Assembly: GCA_014728035.1 (NCBI GenBank)
Contig: WJMJ01000018.1
Location: 75,099-139,098, forward strand
Direction: 5' to 3'
From: Promethearchaeota archaeon
GTDB taxonomy: Archaea; Asgardarchaeota; Thorarchaeia; Thorarchaeales; Thorarchaeaceae
DNA length: 64,000 bases
Shown: piece by piece, positions 1-9,134 of the stretch
Layout: each line of letters opens with the position of its first letter
Position numbering within the stretch: position 1 is the first letter of the stretch
Position numbers and translations under genes: made by a program
The notes under the pieces: generated by a model
The model's input: only the letters and a program-made list of their open reading frames with translations
Databases searched by the model: none
Told to the model about the DNA's origin: nothing

Positions 1-44
1 AACTCAAATAGACCTTACCAGCAAAGAGAAATCAGTGATCTACA

Positions 45-356
45 ATGAGTCAAGATTCACAATCTTTACCTGAATATCTTCCTAATTTAGTAATTTTCTC
101 CGTACTCTTGGTCGTTGAATACTGGGCATATGTAACTCACCTTGGTAATCTAGCTTTCTCTGGTGATTATGGGCCACTAGTAGGAATACCAATGATTATA
201 GGCCTCGTTATCATGCTATTTGTTATTCTTGGGCTCTATTCAATTAGTAAGAGTTCCGAGATGCACAAGAAATTGCTCCCAATTGCCTTGATTCTCCTTC
301 TTGTACAGATGGTACTAATGCTGTTCGAGTATCTCATACCAGCAATAGAAGCATAA
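45..356 (+). CDS. small membrane protein (about 3 TM), hypothetical
   Basis: 103 aa ORF with three hydrophobic segments. Confidence 0.7.
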   Translation: MSQDSQSLPEYLPNLVIFSVLLVVEYWAYVTHLGNLAFSGDYGPLVGIPMIIGLVIMLFVILGLYSISKSSEMHKKLLPIALILLLVQMVLMLFEYLIPAIEA

Positions 357-375
357 TCACAAAAATAAAGAAAAT

Positions 376-400
376 ACTCCCCTAAGGTTACATGGGGAGT
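376..400. terminator. stem-loop, putative terminator
   Basis: actcccc (376-382) / ggggagt (394-400) inverted repeat, with an A-rich tract before and a T-tract after. Confidence 0.45.
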
Positions 401-412
401 TATCCCACTTTT

Positions 413-883
413 TTGAAGTATTACCAATGAAAGGCAGTTGGAGCCATAGTGTATCGAGGTCCAGAAATTTTGATTGTTGGTAAAGTGAAAATAAAAGACG
501 CACCCAGTGGCTCAAAAGATATTCCCATCCAATGGTTACTTCCTGGTGGAGGAATATTAGACTGTGATAGGTCCGAGATTGATGTAATCAAAAGAGAACT
601 GCATGAAGAAACAGGCTCAACGAGTTTCAGAATAGTTCAAGAACTTGATGACAAGATCTGTTTCCAATTTCCTCCAGAAATACGTGAGAGTTCAGGTTTT
701 CTTGGACAAGAAACAATAATCTTTCTAGTGGAATATATTGGAATTGGAGATGACCTGATTCCAATTGATGATGAAATTGATAGAGTCGAATTTGTTACAA
801 AAGAAAATCTATTTGAGAGAATATTTGTCAAAGAGATGAGAGAGTATCTTGAAGAAAGACTGTCCAATCTCATCCAAGCTTAA
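413..883 (+). CDS. NUDIX hydrolase; 5' end interrupted by in-frame TGA at 428 (possible pseudogene, or start at GTG 449)
   Basis: Nudix box-like PGGG...KRELHEETG; the typical first strand KAVGAIVY lies upstream of the called start, right after TGA 428-430. Confidence 0.75.
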
Positions 884-2327
884 TTCTGTTAGTGGCGGTT
901 CCCAAATACAATTTTGTAAATCCTTCATGTAAGTGATGCCTCAAGTACTCAAAAGTGACGAAGTGTTTCCCTTGCTCAAATTCATCAATATTATGAGTAT
1001 GTAGAAAAGTTGCAGCTTGTGATTCATACTCGATTACTCCTTCAACCATAGTCATTAGAACATCTAAGTTAGCTAGCTCACTAGCTGGTACTGAAAGAGG
1101 ATTTCCAGATAACACAACCAAATCAGCTAATTTCCCAACTTCAATACTTCCTTTGATATCTTCCTGAAAAGTGCCATATGCTGCATCAATGGTCAACAAA
1201 CGAAGAGCTTGTTCTATCGCAAGCGTTTGGTCCATCATCCAATCAGTAGGAGTCAACCCGTTTACACCCATACGAGTTACTGCCATAGAAAGTATTTTTG
1301 GTACAGAACGAATATCCATCTGATTCCAAGGATAATCAGTACTTCCAATTGCAGGTGCACCAGATTCGATGATGTCTCTCCATCTCGCAACGAGATGAGA
1401 ATTTTGTTCCAACAGCGGAAATGAACCAGCTTGATTCCAGTCAGACGTAAACCATGAGAGCTGAAATGATGGAAGAATCTGAAGACTACTAATTCTATTA
1501 ATTTGGTCATCTCGAAGATAGACTAGGTGCTCGATTCGATGACGATAGAGATCATTTGATTCACCATCCAAAACGGATTCATAAACGTCCAACACAACAT
1601 CTGTGGAATTGTCTACTACACTATGGATAGCAATCTGAAAGCCCAAATCATGAGCCTCCTGCACCAAACTCTTCAATTCAGAAGCATTGAAGTAATGAAT
1701 CGGTCTCACATACGAACCATCCATAAAGAGTTTCACACCACCAATCCGTAATTTTGAACTGAACTCTTGGCCGGGTTGGTATGCTTTGTACCAATCACCG
1801 AATCGCTCAAACTGCCAGCTTAGTGGCAGATATGCATTTACATGTAACCGAAGTCTATTCTGTTGATCTAATGCTTGCAATTCGTCTAACCGGTCTTGAT
1901 TAACAAAAAGCTCAGATACACTTGTCCAACCAGATTCAAGTAAATGATTAACTACTTCGTCGATATCACCGATATCAGTCAGGTATCTATCACCAAAATC
2001 ATGAGTATGAGAGTCAATGAAACCGGGTAGTATGGTGTTTCCTCCTAAATCAAAAACTGTTGTATTTGGTCCTCTCATAGCTAGAATTTCAGTATCACCT
2101 CCGACTGCAATGATTGAACCATTATGAATCGCAATTGCTTCAGCTTGAGCAGGTGAGTTTTCCATGGTGATTACTTCTGCATTATACAGTATCATATCTG
2201 GTTCTGGAGTATCTAGTAGATTAAAAGAGAATTGTAGAAAAACAAAACCCGTTGAACCAATTAGTATTATCATAACAATTCCAATCCAGATTCTGGACCT
2301 TTCAGTACTCATTGATCTTTTCACCAT
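870..2327 (-). CDS. amidohydrolase 3 (YtcJ-like) with N-terminal membrane anchor
   Basis: LPGFIDSHTH, QIAIH, RHRIEH, GSTDYP, GSIEVGKLADLVVL motifs; N-terminal TM helix. Confidence 0.9.
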   Translation of the reverse strand: MVKRSMSTERSRIWIGIVMIILIGSTGFVFLQFSFNLLDTPEPDMILYNAEVITMENSPAQAEAIAIHNGSIIAVGGDTEILAMRGPNTTVFDLGGNTILPGFIDSHTHDFGDRYLTDIGDIDEVVNHLLESGWTSVSELFVNQDRLDELQALDQQNRLRLHVNAYLPLSWQFERFGDWYKAYQPGQEFSSKLRIGGVKLFMDGSYVRPIHYFNASELKSLVQEAHDLGFQIAIHSVVDNSTDVVLDVYESVLDGESNDLYRHRIEHLVYLRDDQINRISSLQILPSFQLSWFTSDWNQAGSFPLLEQNSHLVARWRDIIESGAPAIGSTDYPWNQMDIRSVPKILSMAVTRMGVNGLTPTDWMMDQTLAIEQALRLLTIDAAYGTFQEDIKGSIEVGKLADLVVLSGNPLSVPASELANLDVLMTMVEGVIEYESQAATFLHTHNIDEFEQGKHFVTFEYLRHHLHEGFTKLYLGTATNRIKLG

Positions 2328-2480
2328 TACAACGAGCTTTCTTATTGAAAAAGCTGGGTCTGTTATTGATGCAAACTATACTATTAAAATGTAGGTTACC
2401 AATGTAAAACGAATTAAATGGATGAAACAATCTAACCTTGAAAAAAATGCGAAGGTTTTTACTAGAAAAATACATACCAT

Positions 2481-2936
2481 ATGTATCCTAGATTGGACTT
2501 TGCTTACGCTGCCACCGAGGAGTCCGAATACATGGGCACTGTATGGTTTATCGCAAAAGAATATTTGAAACGGCTTCAGGTGGATTTTGAGGAGCATGGA
2601 AGAAAGACCTTCAGTCTCTTTCCATTTGGACAGACAAAAACAGAACAGATTGAAATTTTTCCGGGAACTCACTGGATAACCTTAACCACGCGATTGCTTG
2701 ATCTTTGTGATACACCAGACGAAGTGAAGCAAACCTTCTTTCAAACTCTTTTGAAGGCAAATGCAAAACTCGCAGAGGTCAGCTTTGGAATTGATAAGAA
2801 AGAGTGTGTGATAATTAGAAGTGCAATTCCAGTAATCGGAATTAGTTATGACTCATTCAATGCAACCTACGAGGCCCACAAAAACGGAGTCAAGTTCTTT
2901 CAGAAAAGCCTGGCACCACTTGTTGAATCAAAATAG
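2481..2936 (+). CDS. YbjN / type III chaperone-like fold protein
   Basis: LLKANAKLAEVSFGID pattern and about 140 aa size; start may be the later ATG (MGTVW). Confidence 0.6.
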   Translation: MYPRLDFAYAATEESEYMGTVWFIAKEYLKRLQVDFEEHGRKTFSLFPFGQTKTEQIEIFPGTHWITLTTRLLDLCDTPDEVKQTFFQTLLKANAKLAEVSFGIDKKECVIIRSAIPVIGISYDSFNATYEAHKNGVKFFQKSLAPLVESK

Positions 2937-2940
2937 TTAC

Positions 2941-2970
2941 AAAAAGGAGAGAAGAGGGGACGAACCCCTC
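2941..2970 (-). terminator. hairpin plus U-tract terminator of giant surface protein A
   Basis: gagggg (2954-2959) / cccctc (2965-2970), followed on the minus strand by a pyrimidine/T tract. Confidence 0.6.
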
Positions 2971-2977
2971 AATTATG

Positions 2978-5900
2978 CTATTTTTTCCGTCTGGAAGCTA
3001 GTAGCGCAATTATGACCACCACAATAGCCGCACTGCCCAGAAGGACAATGACATCCATAGGTATGTCTCCAATCGGAGCTGAAGGTTCTGTAGTAGTTGT
3101 TGTCGTTGTTGGTACTGTTACAGGACCTTGACCAACAATGTATGAACCAACCTGTGATGCATAACTATCGCCATCTGCGATAACCACCACTTTGAAGAAC
3201 ACCTGCGTGTCTTCTGGGAAGGGACCAATCAGTCCGGTCCAGTGTGAACCATATACATTGGTCATATCTACACTAATCCAATTTGATTCATCCCTGCTAT
3301 CACCATAGAGAAGATAGACCTCTACATTTTCAAGTTCAGTAGAGATATCTACGCCAATCTCTACAGGGTCATCAGCAGTAGGAATAGTTGGATTGATTGA
3401 CAATGATGAGAAATCAACTCCAGTTATGGGCCCACTTTGGCCACTGCCAGATGCTGATGAATAACCAACAAAGACAGGATCCTGGTAGACGCTATAGCCA
3501 CCCCATTCAGGGAATCCTATTGTGACATAGAACATGTTCGTACTGAAGGACCAACCTGTGGCACTCTGTCCGTTATCAGACTGGAATGAGTTCTGGAACG
3601 TACCCATTGGTGTAGTATAGCTCAATACATCGTAGCGTTGAGATGTATTCTTACCCCAATCATAAGCAACTCCACCCATTATCATCTCAGCAAACTTAGC
3701 ACCAGAGGTGGCAAAGTTGAACGTTTCAGAGGAAACAGTTGTGTCTGATGTTGCAGCAGTACCATTAGCATCTACCGTGTATACATCATTCATTGAGACC
3801 TCAGCAAAGTAGTTCAAAGCTAATGAACGGTTAATTAGATTGTCACGTCCACCAGAGCGGTCTACGTCCCAATTACCAACATAGTTGTCTACTTTCAGGT
3901 CAGCATAGTTGTTCATGGCTCCAGCAGTTTCATTGATGTGACCTTGGAAGTGAACAAGGAATGAAAGTTCGTCTATACTAACCTTAGTTGGACGTTCATC
4001 AAAAGTTCTCAAATCCGAACCTGCCTGAACACCATCATACCAACCCCAATAACCATCCAAAGTATATGGGAATACTGTACCATTAACCTCAGTAAAAGTT
4101 ACACCCCAAGTGACTTCATCAGTCAGGTTAAGACGTATGGAATCAGTGTCGTTGGTATTGCCATAAGCTTCACCAGGAGTAACAAAACCTACGCTGGTAA
4201 CAGAATCTGGAATCAAGTAATGGGAGAGTTCTCCACTACCTGGGTCATCTGGAAATACATCCATCTGATTGTTTTCATTCTCATCTTCCCAAATCATCAA
4301 TCCGCTATATTCGTAGTGCATGTTTATACCAAGCCAATGCTCAATATCATTCACTACGTATGAGGTACCATAATTCTGTCCAACACCAAAACTAAGCCAA
4401 GTCCAAGATTGTTCATTGGAAGATATCCAATCCCAACCATTTGCTTCAGCTTCAGCCAGAATATCAGCCCATGTAACATTCTCAGCCATCCATGAAAGAT
4501 CCCAGTAACCAGGTTGTGGTTCACCTTCTTCCGTCAGTAATATGGCTTTGACCTCATCCATCTCACTGGCATTCAGTTGAGTGAATGTAGTAGCATCATA
4601 CCAGTAGAAGGACTGATTCCATTCGTATGTCCATGTGAAGGTATCTAGACCCATCCAGGAATGAATGTCCATATTATCACCATAGGCAGTTACGTTGGGA
4701 TCCCAATCAATATTGACTGACATCCTATCCCAGGTGTGATTCCAGCTGTCTGTAGAGGAGTATTCCTCTTGCACGAAGTATTGGTCATTTGTAGTTTCAA
4801 GATTTCCATCTAAGTCTAGAGCACCATTACTCGGATTGGTAGTCCAGGATTGAAGTCCCCACATACCCCATTGCGGTACGCCAATAATAAGCTCGTTGAA
4901 GTTCTTGTTAGTAGTACTATCAATTGGCTCAGGTCCATAAATCATCGGATAACCCCATCGTTGTCGTAGTCTCTTGATGCTCTCCATATTAGCAGATGCA
5001 GTCACGTTAGCACCTTCATATGTGAAATTGTATAGTGCACGAGTACCGCGTTCCATATTTAGGAAGATATCTCCAGATGAGCTAGCATTAACAAGACGAA
5101 AAGTCCAGACAGTATAGCCATACCACTCATGTTCATAGGTTTCGCCATTAAAGTCGAAAACCCAATCATGGGTTGTACTATTTCTATAGGCATAAGCCAT
5201 ATGAGTAGCTACAATAGGTAATTGTTCCCAGTTTGTTAGATTAATCCAAGTTCCATTCAAAGCTTTGTAGTAATAGTAAGTCACATTATCAATGAATTGT
5301 GACTCAGGATACGTCATCTGTGAATAGAATGTAGTTCCGTTTACATTATACTCGTTCACTCTGAATACATTAGTTTCTTCAACTAACCAATCAGTTGAGT
5401 TGGTCACAAGATCTAGATATTCGTGAGTGTCATTGTAATAGATTGGCCAATCTGAATCGGTATATTCGGGGATATATTGAATTGACTCAATTACATTAAA
5501 CGTAAGTGAATCATCGAAAGTACCAATATCTCCTAGGCGTCCAATCTGAACTGGATCCCAGATCTCTGTTCCATTTGCAGTGGTATATGGAATATTGGTG
5601 TACTCATCTAATTCAAAAGATGTGCCACTGATATCAATCCAGGTGTCCCATTCTGTCAAATTATAGACTGGATAGTAAGTTCCTTGATATTTTGCAAATT
5701 TGAGACTTGGTACCAGTCCACCATCACTTTCAGTTCGTTCTACATCCCAGTAGTACTCAGCATTAGCTCCATCGTATGGCATCTCATATTCAACACCGTC
5801 GATTTCAGTATACCATGCTCGATGAACACGCCAGCTCTCCAGAACTAGAGTTCGTTCGGAACCATCGTATTCCACATTGTAATAGTATTGTGGATAACTA

Positions 5901-8878
5901 ACATAGGTCAAGACACCATCTATGGTCGTCTGATAACGATATCGATAGTTCACAGAATCATAGACTTCTTCAACCTCATAGAGGTTTCCGTCGGTATCAG
6001 TCATATAGTATGTATTATCACGACTTGACCACCACCATTGAGAGAGCTCAAGTGTGCTACTCTCGCCATAACGAACAAACTTGTTCTGATTATACCGGTC
6101 TACTTCTACTCTATCATAGAATTCAAAACTTTGAAGGTTCCATTTTTCGTATTCTATGCCACCTTGATGAACTACTCCATCAATATCAATCCAATAGATA
6201 TACTTAGTACTTCCATGAAGCCAAGATAGATGCTGTTCCATTGTTGTTAGGAAGCTGTCTCCAGTTGTAGTTGTAACATTGTAAATGTATGCAACATCAT
6301 CATATGTCACATAAATCTTTGATTCGTTCTTAAGTTCGTAGTAGTAGTAATCCCGGTCATTCACTGGATCCCAGTGATCGTAGAAGAAGAATTGCTCCCA
6401 CGTATTTCCACTACTAGGATCATAGTTTTCGTATACTTTAATGGGGAGAATCTCGCCATCGATTTTGATGTAAGGAATCTCCTTACCCATTAGATAATCT
6501 GATCCCTCATTTGTACAAAGAGTATTGTTGTAGTAAGCTAATTGGTTTTCAATTGGTGCAACATAGATTTGTTCACCATTGTGTTCGAAGCTATTAACCC
6601 ACTCTCTATCCCATGATAGAACATCGTAGTAATCCCATGGTTGAGTGTAGTCTTCATGCCAAGTATTATTCATAAATGAAAAGTCCCACCAATAACTGGT
6701 GTCAGCAACAGTTTCACTCATGTTTACTAAGAATGAAACGACCAGATCACCACCATCGGTCCAGTTATTGAAACTGGATATCTGACAGAAATCAGCTGGA
6801 ATAGCTGCTTCAGGACTCCTTGCAGGTATGTAGTTCTCCTGCCATTCATGTTCTAGTTGGTTGTAATACCACCATTGCCAATGCCAGTCTTCAATCTCTG
6901 TCCACTGCCATTCCCAATACTCACCATATGCCCAATCCCAAGTGTTGGTAGCTGAATTATATTCATAGTGCCAACCCGTGATATTTGTGTAGACATAGTC
7001 CCAGTAAGTACCATAGGTGTAGTTGTATTTCTCAGTCTTGTTGAATGCTGTGAATGTTGGATTACCAAGCATATCGAGAGTGACCTCATATGTCAGGTGA
7101 GAATATCGAGATTCATCTTCGGTCCAATAGCCATCATGAGCTTCCAGCGAGAATCTTACTCCATCAATGGAGTTAGCAACTTGTAATCCTCCTTGAAGTC
7201 TTCCCTTAACCAAGAAGTTTTCACCCTTATCAGTCTGGAACATCCAACCAGTAGGTGATGTACCATCCGCATTGAGTATTTTTGCAATAGTAACAGGAGT
7301 TTCGATTGCAATCTCCTTAGCGTCTTGATACTCGTTCCAAGTCATCGGTGCATTATCTCCACCTGTATTTGGGCAATATTGATATCCATCAATACCCATT
7401 ATACGATCCTCAAAATAGAAGGTGTATTGATTAGTAACAGGCATAGCCTGAGTGAAGTGGCCTACGAAATCCACAACTAACTCTCCACGAGCCTCAAAAG
7501 TTGTACATGCAGTATCATTTAGCTCGAAAAGTATTGGAAAGTCATCAGGTAAGGATTGTAGAACTAATTCCTCTTCATCCCAGACTCCCTCAACATAGTG
7601 ATCATAAGGATATACCCATGCTGTATACCCAGTCATAGTTTCAAAATTCCCTGTGGAAGCATTATAGATTAAATAGAGGTTTAGTTTTCGTGTATCATTT
7701 CTTAGAACTACTTCAGCTTCACTAGATTCAGTCGTTTCATTCCAGTACCATTCTAGTGCGTAATATTGCACATCTTCGAAGGTAGCAATATCAACCCAGT
7801 CTATACGTTGATACTCTCCAAATACTTCTTCTTCATAGGAAACCTCAACTGTATCATCCCATACATAGGTGTCAAGAGTGTCATTGTAAACCCAACCACC
7901 AGTAGTGGTTCTTGTTTCCCAGTGTAGTCCAGAGTCGTTGACCATGGTTTCAATAGAATAGGGCATATCGAATATCAGAGCAGCGTAATCGATTTCACCA
8001 GTTATATTAAATCGCATTGTGAAATCGGTATTACGACTGACAGAATATAGAGTATCTCCATCTTGGTCAATTTTCTGAAGTGTATAGGAACCACCATAGG
8101 AGAAGCTCCAAGCATCTTCCCATGGAATACCAACAGCGATTCCTTGAAACTCGTAACCGCTTCCGTAATTGTATGTACCGATTGAGTTCCAATCTTCATC
8201 AAAAACCATCATATCAAGTTGGAAGAGACCAAGTGGTGCATACTGATTGAATTGTGTCTTGAATTCTACATAGTATGTATTATCATCAGTATAATTTTTA
8301 CAGTTGTCTACGTCAAGGTCCATAAATGGATCAGTTGGATACGGGTTATCCAAGCTATAATTGTATAGATTAGTCCATATTGACCATGGTTCCCATGTAA
8401 AATCAAAATCTTCGTAACCAAGTGTAAAATCAGCACTGAAATTTCCCCAGTTATCGGTCATGTACCAACCACGTAATTCTACCTTGCCTAGTTCTCCATC
8501 TTCAAAGACATTTTTCGGAACAATTACTTTGATAGTAAACCATTCTTCAACATTGACATACTCATCCATTTGCATAAGATGACCAGTCGAATTGTATATC
8601 TCGAATCGAGGAGATGGACCGAATAACCAATTTTTGTTTTCCCATGACCATTCATCGCTTGTAGAATTCGCGTCCTGATTCCATGAAACATACGTTCCAT
8701 TTTCCGAGTGTGGTATATATGGTTCATATGCTGGTTGAGATTGAACAGTAGTCACTCCTGTCGTGTATTCATAAGATGGGACAGGTACTGCTGCGTTCGA
8801 TCCAACTGCTAACATGGAGACCAGAAATAACGCGACGGATACAAGTGACAGAATCGTCTTTTGTTTATGTTGTCGCAT
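2978..8878 (-). CDS. giant secreted, C-terminally anchored surface glycoprotein A (about 1966 aa)
   Basis: Signal peptide after ATG 8878 (MRQHKQKTILSLVSVALFL); Trp/Tyr/Asp-rich; many N-x-S/T sequons; DLDGN motif; one Ig-like domain, Thr linker, TM helix and SRRKK tail. Confidence 0.85.
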   Translation of the reverse strand: MRQHKQKTILSLVSVALFLVSMLAVGSNAAVPVPSYEYTTGVTTVQSQPAYEPYIPHSENGTYVSWNQDANSTSDEWSWENKNWLFGPSPRFEIYNSTGHLMQMDEYVNVEEWFTIKVIVPKNVFEDGELGKVELRGWYMTDNWGNFSADFTLGYEDFDFTWEPWSIWTNLYNYSLDNPYPTDPFMDLDVDNCKNYTDDNTYYVEFKTQFNQYAPLGLFQLDMMVFDEDWNSIGTYNYGSGYEFQGIAVGIPWEDAWSFSYGGSYTLQKIDQDGDTLYSVSRNTDFTMRFNITGEIDYAALIFDMPYSIETMVNDSGLHWETRTTTGGWVYNDTLDTYVWDDTVEVSYEEEVFGEYQRIDWVDIATFEDVQYYALEWYWNETTESSEAEVVLRNDTRKLNLYLIYNASTGNFETMTGYTAWVYPYDHYVEGVWDEEELVLQSLPDDFPILFELNDTACTTFEARGELVVDFVGHFTQAMPVTNQYTFYFEDRIMGIDGYQYCPNTGGDNAPMTWNEYQDAKEIAIETPVTIAKILNADGTSPTGWMFQTDKGENFLVKGRLQGGLQVANSIDGVRFSLEAHDGYWTEDESRYSHLTYEVTLDMLGNPTFTAFNKTEKYNYTYGTYWDYVYTNITGWHYEYNSATNTWDWAYGEYWEWQWTEIEDWHWQWWYYNQLEHEWQENYIPARSPEAAIPADFCQISSFNNWTDGGDLVVSFLVNMSETVADTSYWWDFSFMNNTWHEDYTQPWDYYDVLSWDREWVNSFEHNGEQIYVAPIENQLAYYNNTLCTNEGSDYLMGKEIPYIKIDGEILPIKVYENYDPSSGNTWEQFFFYDHWDPVNDRDYYYYELKNESKIYVTYDDVAYIYNVTTTTGDSFLTTMEQHLSWLHGSTKYIYWIDIDGVVHQGGIEYEKWNLQSFEFYDRVEVDRYNQNKFVRYGESSTLELSQWWWSSRDNTYYMTDTDGNLYEVEEVYDSVNYRYRYQTTIDGVLTYVSYPQYYYNVEYDGSERTLVLESWRVHRAWYTEIDGVEYEMPYDGANAEYYWDVERTESDGGLVPSLKFAKYQGTYYPVYNLTEWDTWIDISGTSFELDEYTNIPYTTANGTEIWDPVQIGRLGDIGTFDDSLTFNVIESIQYIPEYTDSDWPIYYNDTHEYLDLVTNSTDWLVEETNVFRVNEYNVNGTTFYSQMTYPESQFIDNVTYYYYKALNGTWINLTNWEQLPIVATHMAYAYRNSTTHDWVFDFNGETYEHEWYGYTVWTFRLVNASSSGDIFLNMERGTRALYNFTYEGANVTASANMESIKRLRQRWGYPMIYGPEPIDSTTNKNFNELIIGVPQWGMWGLQSWTTNPSNGALDLDGNLETTNDQYFVQEEYSSTDSWNHTWDRMSVNIDWDPNVTAYGDNMDIHSWMGLDTFTWTYEWNQSFYWYDATTFTQLNASEMDEVKAILLTEEGEPQPGYWDLSWMAENVTWADILAEAEANGWDWISSNEQSWTWLSFGVGQNYGTSYVVNDIEHWLGINMHYEYSGLMIWEDENENNQMDVFPDDPGSGELSHYLIPDSVTSVGFVTPGEAYGNTNDTDSIRLNLTDEVTWGVTFTEVNGTVFPYTLDGYWGWYDGVQAGSDLRTFDERPTKVSIDELSFLVHFQGHINETAGAMNNYADLKVDNYVGNWDVDRSGGRDNLINRSLALNYFAEVSMNDVYTVDANGTAATSDTTVSSETFNFATSGAKFAEMIMGGVAYDWGKNTSQRYDVLSYTTPMGTFQNSFQSDNGQSATGWSFSTNMFYVTIGFPEWGGYSVYQDPVFVGYSSASGSGQSGPITGVDFSSLSINPTIPTADDPVEIGVDISTELENVEVYLLYGDSRDESNWISVDMTNVYGSHWTGLIGPFPEDTQVFFKVVVIADGDSYASQVGSYIVGQGPVTVPTTTTTTTEPSAPIGDIPMDVIVLLGSAAIVVVIIALLASRRKK

Positions 8879-9083
8879 TTTCGTCAGTTCTCCCAGTGTA
8901 CCTTGTATAACTCTCACTCAGCATAGGGTGTCAAATGTGCTCGAATAAATGGAGAGTCTTCAAGGTATATGGTGCGTCTTACAGAGTCTATGAAATACTC
9001 GTAAAACTAGAAATATAAACTCATACGGGATATACCATCCTTTAGAGCCCTGAAAATGTTCTATTTTTCGAATAGGATGGTGA

Positions 9084-9118
9084 TAAAAAAGAATAGATAG
9101 AGACAGACTTGCTGTCTG
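9084..9118 (-). terminator. hairpin plus U-tract between the two giant genes
   Basis: agacag/ctgtct stem, followed on the minus strand by a T-rich tract. Confidence 0.5.
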
Positions 9119-9134
9119 CCTCTTTTATCCTATG

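Noticed and set aside
428-430. Selenocysteine recoding of the TGA in the NUDIX gene
   Set aside because: The position corresponds to Arg rather than Cys, and no SECIS was recognised
2978-3130. Archaeosortase (PGF-CTERM) signal on the surface proteins
   Set aside because: Thr linker, TM helix and basic tail are present, but there is no PGF motif in any of the three anchored proteins
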